Assembly (NCBI GenBank): GCA_028534125.1 | Contig: CM052816.1 | Coordinates: 85,314,001 to 85,378,000 of the forward strand | DNA length: 64,000 nt | Reading direction: 5' to 3' | Source: Lama glama | Taxonomy: Eukaryota | Part shown: positions 52,593-62,465 of the stretch, piece after piece | Layout of the letters: every line of letters begins with the position of its first letter | Numbering within the stretch: position 1 is the first letter of the stretch | The notes under the pieces: model-generated | Database searches by the model: none | What the model was told of the DNA's origin: nothing | The model's input: the letters and a program-made list of their open reading frames with translations, nothing else | Made by a program: the position numbers and the translations under genes

Positions 52593-53212
52593 GAGGTCAG
52601 GTTATTTTACCTTGTGAGTTTGTTTGTTTGCCTACTCATTTGGTTTGGTTTGGATTTATTTTCTATTTCAAAATCATTTTTACTACATTAACACACTTTA
52701 AAGAATTTTGAATTAAATGACTTATCAAAATTATCCTTCTAGCCACCTTCCCTCAGAAAGAGACTGAACTGTTTAAGGGCTTGGGGGATGCATTCTAGAT
52801 TCTCACATTTTATTTTAATATTCAACTTTTGTGGAATCTTAGGGCAAAATAAAATAATTATTATTAGTATAATTTAAGTAAAATAGAGCTAACTCAAGTA
52901 ACAATAAATTTTAAGAATAAGAACATTTTTGGTTGAATATCCTATTTTTTTCAAGTTTCCAAATTTTCTAGAATGTTATAGCAAATTAATTTTCAATTAA
53001 TTAACTCCACTTAGACTAGAGACTAAAGAAGATATATCCAAAAAATTAAAATGTACTATATAAATAGTACATTATATTTTTATAAAGTTGTGAAATCCCC
53101 TGATGAAATTGCCCAGATTCCATTACTAAGAGATCTTTATATGTATTTCCTACAGAGCAACATAGACAGATCTCAGCAACATCTTTTCTATGTACTGACA
53201 CATAACATATGT

Positions 53213-53712
53213 NNNNNNNNNNNNNNNNNNNNNNNNNNNNNNNNNNNNNNNNNNNNNNNNNNNNNNNNNNNNNNNNNNNNNNNNNNNNNNNNNNNNNNNN
53301 NNNNNNNNNNNNNNNNNNNNNNNNNNNNNNNNNNNNNNNNNNNNNNNNNNNNNNNNNNNNNNNNNNNNNNNNNNNNNNNNNNNNNNNNNNNNNNNNNNNN
53401 NNNNNNNNNNNNNNNNNNNNNNNNNNNNNNNNNNNNNNNNNNNNNNNNNNNNNNNNNNNNNNNNNNNNNNNNNNNNNNNNNNNNNNNNNNNNNNNNNNNN
53501 NNNNNNNNNNNNNNNNNNNNNNNNNNNNNNNNNNNNNNNNNNNNNNNNNNNNNNNNNNNNNNNNNNNNNNNNNNNNNNNNNNNNNNNNNNNNNNNNNNNN
53601 NNNNNNNNNNNNNNNNNNNNNNNNNNNNNNNNNNNNNNNNNNNNNNNNNNNNNNNNNNNNNNNNNNNNNNNNNNNNNNNNNNNNNNNNNNNNNNNNNNNN
53701 NNNNNNNNNNNN
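53213..53712. other. Assembly gap (exactly 500 N)
   Basis: Run of N; the round length suggests a scaffolding placeholder of unknown true size. Confidence 0.99.
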
Positions 53713-54091
53713 GAGCTTCCATGCCCTCTCTGGTCCTACAGCTCTCCCCCTGCCTCCAGCTGGAGGCTTCAGTAGGTAGGAGCAATTAAATCCATAGGCC
53801 TTTGGTAGTTTAATCAACTTCTAGCCTCTCTCCCTCACCCGAAGGTTTGAGGCATGGGACTGAAAGCTCCAACCCTCTAACAATAGATTGGTGTCCGTGG
53901 CAACCAGCCTTCAGCCTTAGGGGCCTGCCAGAAGTCAGTGTATTAACATAAACTGAAAGGGGCTTGTTCAAGTTAACAAAAGACACCTTTATCACTACTC
54001 TCAGGAAATTCTAAGTGCTTTAGGGACTTGGTGCCAGGAATAGGATGAAGAGCAGATATACATTTCTTATTATAAATCACAACATCACACA
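53713..54091 (-). mobile_element. LTR, MER21-like, cut by the gap
   Basis: GAGCTTCCATGCCCTCTCTGG, GGGACTGAAAGCTCCAACCCTCTAA, GGCAACCAGCC and terminal TATTATAAATCACAACATCACA. Confidence 0.85.
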
Positions 54092-54330
54092 TATATTGCT
54101 AATCCTCACAACATGTCTGCAAATTCTTGATGTCTCCAATTTAAGAGCAGGTAATGGAGACTGAGAAAGGTTCACCAACGTGGACATCAGTATAGCATAC
54201 TGCTTGTAAACACGGTCTCTAAACCTGAATTACATGAGTTCAAAACTCACCTCTGCAGTGTTGTACAAGTTATTAAGTCTTTCTGCTCCTCACCTTCTTC
54301 ATTTTAAAATATTCCCGAGTACTTACTACC
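54090..54330. mobile_element. Two adjacent MIR pieces (minus ~54090-54185; plus ~54190-54330, resuming at ~54992-55080)
   Basis: AATCCTCACAACA...GGAGACTGAGAAAGGTT; GAGTTCAAAACTCACCTCTGC...ACAAGTTATTAAGTCTTTCTGCTCCTCACCTTCTTCATTTTAAAAT; later GGATTGTGACAATTAAATGA. Confidence 0.65.
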
Positions 54331-54991
54331 CTTAAATTAATCAAGCAAGGAGGTCATTAGCTCATTAGACAGGGATGGCTCTAATGCCTTTGGCTCTAAT
54401 GTCATGAGAAAACCAAAATCTAAACCTGGAAATGCCTCAAGGTTACAAAATTGAAACAAACAAAACATAAATACAAAACAGAAACAGACTCATAGAGATG
54501 GCATACAAACTTGTGGTTGCCAAGGGGGCGGGGGGTGGGAAGGGACAGACTGGGATTTTAAAATGCAGAATAGATAAACAAGATTATACTGTATAGCACA
54601 GGGAAATATATACAAGATCTTGTGGTAGTTCATAGCGAAAAAAACAATGTGACAATGAATATATATATATGTTCATGTATAACTGAAAAATTGTGCTCTA
54701 CACTAGAATTTGACACAACATTGTAAAATAACTATTACTCAATAAAAAAATGTAAAAATAGAAAAAAATTGAAACCTAAGGGCAACCAATCACAAACAGC
54801 CTACTAGGCTTTAAGTCATGGACAGCAATAATATCCTTTCTTTACTTCTGCCTTTTTTCTGTAGAACTTTCTCTCCCGCTACTGCTGGTGGAGTGCTCAT
54901 ACCACTTCTGGTTTGGTGCTGCCTCACCATAGCTGATAGATGTTCAAACAAACTCTTTAAGATTTAGTATGCCTCAGTTTATCTTTTAACA
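54330..54991 (+). mobile_element. ERV1 solo LTR (MER57E/MER93-like), interrupted by a young L1
   Basis: GGAGGTCATTAG...GATGGCTCTAATGCC, CAACCAATCACAAACAGCC and terminus TATGCCTCAGTTTATCTTTTAACA. Confidence 0.75.
54458..54764 (+). mobile_element. Young 5'-truncated L1 3' UTR (camelid L1-like) with perfect 11-bp TSD
   Basis: AAAATTGAAAC at 54447-54457 and 54765-54775. Body ACAAGATTATACTGTATAGCACAGGGAAATATATACAAGATC...CTCAATAAAAAAA. Confidence 0.95.
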
Positions 54992-55535
54992 CCATATAAG
55001 GCTGTTAGGAACTAATACGCATAAAGTACAAATAAATGGATTGTGACAATTAAATGAATCAATATATCTGAAGCTCTCCATGCTGGTGTATGCATTGATA
55101 TATTTCTTTTGTTGCATTTCTAATGTTGGTATTATTTGTATCATTACTGTGTATCTTGTGATATAATAGAGGTCTCTTCCATGATTTAGATGCAGTTGTG
55201 ATTAGCACTAAATATTACCGATTTAATAAAAGTAATTAAATGTATGTTATATCCATTTACCAATGGAATAGGAAACATTTAGCATTAAAACGATTTTAAA
55301 GAGTCTTTTTTTTTTCTTATGTATAAAAATGATTCATCCAAAGTAAAAAAAGTCTGTATTTTTCTTCTTCACTCATTTTATGTATTGTATGATGTTTCAG
55401 ACATTACACTGTACATTTTAACCATATTATCCTGTCTTCTACATCCCTCAAAATATATTAGATAGAAATTATGAATTCTTCATAAGTTGCCCTGTTTGTA
55501 CATTGTAAGAAAGTGGCAGAAGCTGGACTCACATC

Positions 55536-56792
55536 TGTATCAGTTTTCTATTGTTGCATAACCAGTTACCACAAACTTAAAGGACTAAAACATAACTGCT
55601 TTCATGTCTTACAGGGAAGTCAAGATTGGATCAAGTGGACTGAGTTCTCTTAGGGTCTTGCAGGCTGAAATCAAAGTATTGGCAGGGCCAGGCACTTCCC
55701 TAGAGGCTTAGAGAAGAATATGTTTCCAACAGTGTAGGAGGGTTCGCATTTCCAAGCTCCTTAAGGTCATTAGACAAATCCAGTTGTTTGTGGTTATACA
55801 TCTGAGGTACCCACTTTTTTTGGCCAGCTGACAGCTGGAGGCCATTCTTCACTCCTAGGGACTGCCTGTCTTCCTCCCCACGTGGCCCTCTCCACCTTCA
55901 AAGTCAGCAACGGGGTATCCTTCTCACACTTACTATCTGTCTGATTTCTCTTCTGCCACCAGCCAGACAAAATGGTCTCTTTTTAAAGGGCTTTATGATT
56001 AGATTTGGCCCACCCAAACAATCTAACTTTTTAAGGTTAATTTGTTGCTGGAGAGAAGGTTCTTATCTTGTCGCAGAAAGAATTCAGAGATGAGACACAA
56101 GGAAAAGAAAGCGAAGCAAACATTTATTATTAGGTGATAGTATGCTCTCAGTGGGGGAACGGGCAGGATCAGATGAGTAGCTGCCCTGAGTTTCTTTTGC
56201 AAGCTGGTTATATGGGGTGTAAAAATGAATAGGTGGAATATTCATTGGGGGAGAGGGGTTTTGAGTTGTATTCCCTGATTTTCATCCCAGCTTCACCTTC
56301 CTGAGGGGGAGGAGGGATCTGGGGGTCATTATTTAGTCTTGATCAGAAGTGTCAAGGCATCAGTGCATGATAGGTACTTCTTATCTGCAAAGCTAATTTT
56401 ATTGTAATGGGGGCATTAGGAGCAAAAGATTACATCCAGTTGCAGGAGAGTCCCACCTTTTCCCATCTTTCTTTGTGTGCCTCCAGGACAGTTGTCACCC
56501 CAAAATGTGTGATTTCTTTTTCATCTGGAGGTTCCTGCCTTTCTTTGTGTGCCCAAGAACCCCCACTGTTCACAAGATGCATCCTGCCATTTGGCCTATG
56601 TACCTCTTTCTCTGCTCAAATCTAGCTATCTGCCTGCTCTAACAAATTAAATCTGAAAAATTACTTTTGCTATTTAATGTAACATAATCATGGAGTAATA
56701 TCTAGTCATATTTACAAATTCTACTCACACTTAAAGGGAAGATTATACAATGGAAGGGTCATTTGGAGTTATTCTTAGAATTCTGCCTTAGA
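55536..56792 (-). mobile_element. MaLR LTR (MLT1D/E-like) split by a nested ERV LTR
   Basis: TGTATCAGTTTTCTATTGTTGCATAACCAGTTACCACAAACTT...GCTGAAATCAAAGT...TTCTTAGAATTCTGCC. Confidence 0.88.
56043..56644 (-). mobile_element. Young ERV solo LTR (ERV1-like, 602 bp) with 4-bp TSD AATT
   Basis: TGTT...AACA termini with AATT at 56039-56042 and 56645-56648. Minus-strand CCAAT (56244-56248), TATAA (56208-56212) and AATAAA (56123-56128) are in LTR order. Confidence 0.9.
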
Positions 56793-57533
56793 ATCCCCAG
56801 CACCCAAGTCTATGACACCAGAGAACATTTTTTAAAAATACTATGTGATGATGTGGGACCATATCCAAGTTGTTCTTAATATCTGAAAAAATATTCAGGT
56901 GAACAGGCACTAGAATATTCAATTTAGTTGCTTATACAACTACATTAAAATAGAATTACTCCTGTCTCCATAGGTTCATTTTGTTTTAAATATCACTCTC
57001 TTTCATACTTCAAGAATGCTATCAAGATATCCAAATTGGTTGGCTTTTTTTTTTTTTGCTGCATATTTAAGATTAAGATGTATCATTCGAAACTGTAGGA
57101 GTAATCTCACAGAATTCTCTTTTTTCTGAGTTGTACACAATTTATTCTATTGTAAAAATCAATATATAATTATGTACTATGGTTGGACATAAACAATGAA
57201 CTCACTGTGTTATTGTCTTAATTTCATCTGTGCTAAAAGATGATTTTGTTATTAAGGGAAAATTAGTTTGTCATCATTTCTCTCTTCTTTTAAGTAATTA
57301 TCATAACTCTTATTATGATCTCTTTCAAACAGTTATCAGACTCAACATCTGATAAAACAGCACTGAAACATAACCCTGGAATTAGTAACACTTTTTATAG
57401 TTGTGTGGAAAGTTTGTCATTGATCTCTTAGAATAAAAGGTGTATGAGGACGTGTCAGTCTTAGTTATGTGTCACCGGTACATAATAGAACAGTGCTTGT
57501 AGTACATCAATTGTCAAAAAAAAAAAAGTTTTG

Positions 57534-57712
57534 AAACAAGATTATACTGTATAGCAACAGGGAAATATACACAAGATCTTATGGTAGCTCACAGAGAAAA
57601 AAATTTGACAATGAATATATATATGTTCATGTATAACTGAAAAATTGTGCTTTACACTGGAATTTGACACAACATTGTAAAATGATTATAAATCAATAAA
57701 AAATGTTAAAAA
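57534..57712 (+). mobile_element. Young 5'-truncated L1 3' end (same family as 54458-54764), inserted in an L2-like tail
   Basis: Closely similar to 54577-54755 (ATGTTCATGTATAACTGAAAAATTGTGCT...GAATTTGACACAACATTGTAAAAT); A-rich approximate TSD. Confidence 0.93.
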
Positions 57713-57837
57713 AATTTTAAGTAAAAATTTAAATATAGTTGAATTATCTAAATTAATAAATTAATTCAAATGATCATCAAAAGTTTTGGATGCAGGTTTA
57801 CATAATTTTTCAGAATAAACTATCAGCTGCTAGTTTT

Positions 57838-57897
57838 AAATATTATCAGGATGATTTTTTAAATATTATCAGGATAAATATCGTCAGGATGATTTTT
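57838..57897. repeat. Short tandem triplication of AAATAT(TA/CG)TCAGGAT
   Basis: Copies at 57838-57852, 57861-57875 and 57876-57890; the first and third are followed by GATTTTT. Confidence 0.85.
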
Positions 57898-58443
57898 CCA
57901 ACTGAAATCTGCAACATAATTACCATAGCACTATTGCTTATTTCTTCATCTCAGTTTGACAACAGTTTGCTGTATATTTGATGAACTATTATTGTAAATA
58001 AAAATCTAATTCCTTTAGGTTTTATTGTCAATGAAATATTGTCCATGTTATGCTAATGTTTCTGTGAGATAATCAGAGATAAATACAAGTCATGTTTATT
58101 AAGAGTCAATATGGAGGTTTTTTTGTATTTCTCTTGTTTTAATTATTAATCCTATATTTTTACTGCTGTTTTTTTAAAAAAAATTCCACTAGAATGACAT
58201 GGAATGAACAAGATACACCTTAAAACAACTAAATCAAAAACCCTACAGATGAGGACTAGGGTTTCATAGTTTCCGTGTCTTCTCTTGTGATTCTAATACA
58301 CAGAGTTGACAACTCATTACCAATACTCTTAACCATATTTAAGTACCCTTTAAAATATAGAAGAAAAATGTCAAAGAAGTGAGCTTTAGGTTCTTCAAGG
58401 TAGCACAGAATATAAATGTCTGTACTAGAATTTGATTTAGTTC

Positions 58444-59560
58444 TTTTTTTTTAGAGTTTTCCTACTCTTTTTTTTAATTGAAGTATAGTGAGTTACAATG
58501 TGTCAATTTCTAGTGTACAGCATAATGTCCCAGTCATACATGTATATACATATATTTGTTTTCATATTCTTTTTCATTAAAGGTTATTACAAGATATTAA
58601 ATATAGTTCCCTTTGCTATACAGAAGAAACTTATTTTTTATCTATTTTTATATATAGTAGTTAATATTTTCAAATCTTGAACTCCCAAATTTATCTCTTT
58701 CCACTTCCTTTCCCCTGGTACCCATTAGATTGTTTACTATGTCTGTAAGTCTTTTTCTGTGTTGTACATGAGTTCAGTGTTGTCTTCTTTTCTCTTTTTT
58801 TTATATTACACATATGAAGTATATCATATTGTAATTTTCTTTCTCTTTCTGGCTTACTTCACTTAGAATGATCTCCAGGTACATCCATGTTTGTGCAAAT
58901 GGCATTATTTTATTCTTTTTTATGGCTGAGTAGTATTCCATTGTATAAATATACCACAACTTCTTTATCCAGTCATCTGTTGTTGGACATTTAGGTTGCT
59001 TTCATGTCTTGGCTATTGTATATAGTGCTGATATGAACATGTATCTTTTTGAATTAAAGTTCCCTCTGGATATATGTCCAGGAGTGGGATTGCTGGATAA
59101 GCTTTTGCACAGCAAAGGTAAACATAAACAAAACAAAATGACAGCCTATGGAATGGGAGAAAATATATGCAAAAGTGAGACTGACAAAGGTTTAATTTCC
59201 AGAATACATAAGCAGCTCATACAACTTAATAACAGAAAAACAAACAACTCAATCCAAAAATGGGCAGAAGACCTAAACAAGCAATTCTCCAGTGAGGACA
59301 TACAAATGGCCAACAGGCCCATGAAAAAAATGCTCAATATCACTAATTATCAGAGAAATGCAAATCAAAACTACAATGAGGTATCATCTCATACCAGTCA
59401 GAATGGCCATCATTCAAAAGTTCACAAATGATAAATACTGGAGATGGTATAGAGAAATGGGAACCCTCCTACACTGTTAGTGAGAATGTAAATTGGCATA
59501 GCCACTATGGAGAACAGTATGGAGATTCCTCAAAAAACTAAAAATAGAGTTACCCTGTGA
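58444..59560 (-). mobile_element. Young 5'-inverted L1 (antisense 3' end ~58468-59098; sense ORF2 block ~59099-59560), inserted in a MIR
   Basis: T-tail plus AATTGAAGTATAG...GGAGTGGGATTGCTGGAT, then AAGCTTTTGCACAGC... ([33 protein letters not shown]). TSD is TGATTTAG(T/A)TCTTTTT at 58433-58448 and 59558-59573. Confidence 0.95.
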
Positions 59561-59589
59561 TTTAGATCTTTTTGATTCCTGGGAGGAAA

Positions 59590-60340
59590 ACACACAATCC
59601 AGAACTGATACGGGGGAAACTCCTTTCCATTTCCTAAAAAATACATGAACTCAATGAACAATTAACATTCATCTAAGGAAGTTCTAATTCTAGATACAAA
59701 CAAATGAAAAATGTAATACCTGCAAAAAAGAGATTTAAAAGGAAACTGTAAAACTCATATACTTACATGTAGACAAATTTGAGATGGAACGGAGTCATGT
59801 AGAAGAATAGGAGACTGTGCAAAATGTAAGTTTGTCATAAACAGAAAGAAGACAGAAATCTGGGAAGTTAAAATAATGAATATTGAGATGACCAAAACAG
59901 CAACAAATCATTAAGGTAGAGAGGACACAGTAGACAGAACCGTATGTTAGACTGTATCACAGTGAAGCCCAAAAGAAATAAGGAAGAGGAATATGAGAAA
60001 AACTTTAGAGTGCTAGTGTCAACACAAAACTTCTAAAGACTTCTAATCAGAGTTCTAAAAGAAAGAAGAGTGAGTGAGGAAGCAAGGAATCCGTAACAAT
60101 ATAAAGGCCTCAAGTCTTAAATAATAAAAGTCATGAGTCTTCAGAATTAAAGAGTCTGTTATGTACCCTGTAAACGACAACAGCAACAACAACGTGCATT
60201 ACGTACAAATTCCAGCAACAAAAATGACGTATTATAATGAAAATTCAATATATTAAGAATAAACAGAAAATTCTATGAGTAAACAGAGACAGAGTGAGTT
60301 GCATACAACAGATAAGAATCAGTCTTTCTTGTTACTTAAC
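59590..60340 (+). mobile_element. Old L1/HAL1 ORF1-region remnant
   Basis: TCTAATCAGAGTTCTAAAAGAAAGAAGAG, CATGAGTCTTCAGAATTAAAGAG and TATAATGAAAATTCAATATATTAAGAATAAACAGAAAATTCTA. Confidence 0.6.
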
Positions 60341-60479
60341 AAATAATGAATCTTACAATGTCAGGCACCCATGCATAGGACATGTAACTGATTAGAAGAG
60401 CAGAGATGGATGCTCCCTGCCAATCTTTTATTATAAGGGAAAGAAATGGAGTATAAATCATAGAGATAGTAAGTATATT

Positions 60480-61712
60480 AAAGTGTTATGGAAAGTGATT
60501 AGTCCTCTGGGGACAGGGACTGGGGAAGGTAGACTGGATTATAAATGTCAGGGGAAAGGCAGAGGTCAGGGTACTCTTCTTGGAGAAAGTGACATTGAGT
60601 GAAGACATAAAGGAAGTGAGGGAGATATCTGTGCAGCTCTCTAGGTGAAGATTATCCCTGGCCAAAGAAACAGGCAGTTCAAAGGCTTACAATAGGAGTT
60701 TACCAGGCATAGCTGAAGAACGAAAGTCCAGTATATTAAGAGCAAATAGTGCTGGATAAGATTTCCAAAATAATCATGCTTTTTTAAAGTCCTGTTTTAG
60801 GTGACTATAAATATCTGTACTTTCATTCTTAGTGAAATGGGGAGTTTAGGGAGGATTCTAAACTGAGGCATAAGCATTATCCGACTTAGCTTTAAGAAGA
60901 ACCACTCGATATTTTCTTGAAACAGATTTTGGGAATTGGGCAAGAATGAAAACAGAAAGACCAGCTGGAAGACAACTGTAGCTGTATCTCTGAGAGATTA
61001 TGGTGATAGGGAAGGTAGTAGGAGACATGGTGAGAAGTGGTTGAATTCTAGGTTTTAAGAAATGAATTGGATGTGTAAGAACGGATTCGAGGATAGTTCT
61101 AACCAGGAAAAAAAATGGAGTTGCCATCAAATGTAATAAGAAAGGCTGTAGTTGGATAAGATTTGGCGCAGAATCAAAGTTCCATCTTGAACATGTTAAA
61201 TTAGAAATGTAAGAGGATAATTCAGGTAAGAAGTTGGATATATGTGTTTGAGTTTGGGAGAGAGGTTTGTGCTAAAGATATAAGATTAGAAGTTGTTTGT
61301 GTATAAAAAAAAGATGTTCAAGATGTGAGAGCATATCAGTCCAACAATCAGCTGTGGACTGAGTGTAGATAGATAAGAAAAGAATATCACAAAGTCATAG
61401 GATTCTCCAAACATAAAGATATCTGGAAGAAGATGAATAACCAATAAAGCAGACTTTGAGGAAACAGTCAGTGAAGTGGGAGAAAAACACATATGATCTA
61501 TTACCCTAGTGATTAAATTTTATTAAAGACTGTGTGGTTAACTCTGACAACTATTGCTATTATGTTAGGTGAACTGAGAACTAAGAACTGATTCTTGGAT
61601 ATAGCAACATAGAAGTAATTTTGATGACCTTGATAAAGCAGGTTAGATTGCTTGGTGAAAGAAAAAATGTTTAAAAAGATAAAAGGAGATGGGAAATTGG
61701 AGACATTGTATA
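60480..61712 (-). mobile_element. L2 (about 1.2 kb)
   Basis: AAAGTGACATTGAGTGAAGAC, GAACATGTTAAATTAGAAATG and GGATATAGCAACATAGAAGTAATTTTGATGACCTTGATAA (antisense L2a-like). Confidence 0.85.
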
Positions 61713-61714
61713 TA

Positions 61715-61797
61715 CAAATCTTTCTCAACTTACTACAATGGGGTTATGTCTCGATTATCTCATTGTAAATTGAAAATACAGTCAGTCAAAAATTCAG
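61715..61797 (+). mobile_element. Tigger4a/MER46-like terminal fragment
   Basis: TA|CAAATCTTTCTCAACTTACTACAATGGGGTTATGTCTCGATTATCTCATTGTAAATTGAAAATA resembles the remembered consensus CAGATGCTCCTCGACTTACGATGGGGTTACGTCCCGATAAACCCATCGTAAGTTGAAAATA. Confidence 0.75.
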
Positions 61798-62465
61798 TTA
61801 TTTTTAATGAAATAGAGTTGGCTTACAATATTATATTAGTTTCAGGTGTACAACCTAATGATTCAATATTTTTATAGATTATACTCCATTTAAAGCTACT
61901 ACAAAATAATAGCTATATTTCCCTGTGCTGTACAATATACCTTTGTTGCTTATTTATTTCATACATAGTAGTTTGTGTCTCTTAATCCCCTGCTGCTATT
62001 TTGCCCTGCCCCTCATTCCCTCTCCCCATTGGTAATCCATATCTGTGAGTCTGTTTCTGTTTTGGTATATACATTGGTTTGTTTTATTTTTTAGATTCCA
62101 CATTAAGTGATAACATACAGTATTTTTTCTTTCATTGTCTGACTTATTTTATTAAGCATAATAACTTCTAGGTTCATCCATGTTACAAATGGCAGAATTT
62201 TATTCCTTTTTATGGCTAGGTAATATTCCATTGTATATTTTATAGTCCACATCTTCTTTATCCATACATCTGTTTATGGACATTTAGATTGCTTCCATAT
62301 TTTGACAATTGTAAATAATGCTGCTGTGAACGTTGAGGTGCATGTATCCTTTCAAATTAGTGTTTTTGTTTTCTTCAGATATACACCCAGGAATGGAATT
62401 GCTAGATCACATGGTAGTTCTATTTTTTAGTTTTCCAAGGAGAATCCATACTGTTTTCCACAGTA
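61798..62465 (-). mobile_element. 5'-truncated L1 3' end (artiodactyl-type)
   Basis: TTGGCTTACAATATTATATTAGTTTCAGGTGTACAAC...TAATATTCCATTGTATA...CCATACTGTTTTCCACAGT. Confidence 0.92.

Noticed and set aside
53051..53817. Four long ORFs (188-242 aa)
   Set aside because: Artefacts of translating through 500 N.
57838..57897. Spaced repeats resembling a CRISPR or operator array
   Set aside because: Only three 15-bp copies without unique spacers in a mammalian context; a slippage duplication.
59009..59431. 140-aa ORF, the longest gap-free one
   Set aside because: Chimeric read across the L1 inversion junction, with frameshifted ORF2 remnants.
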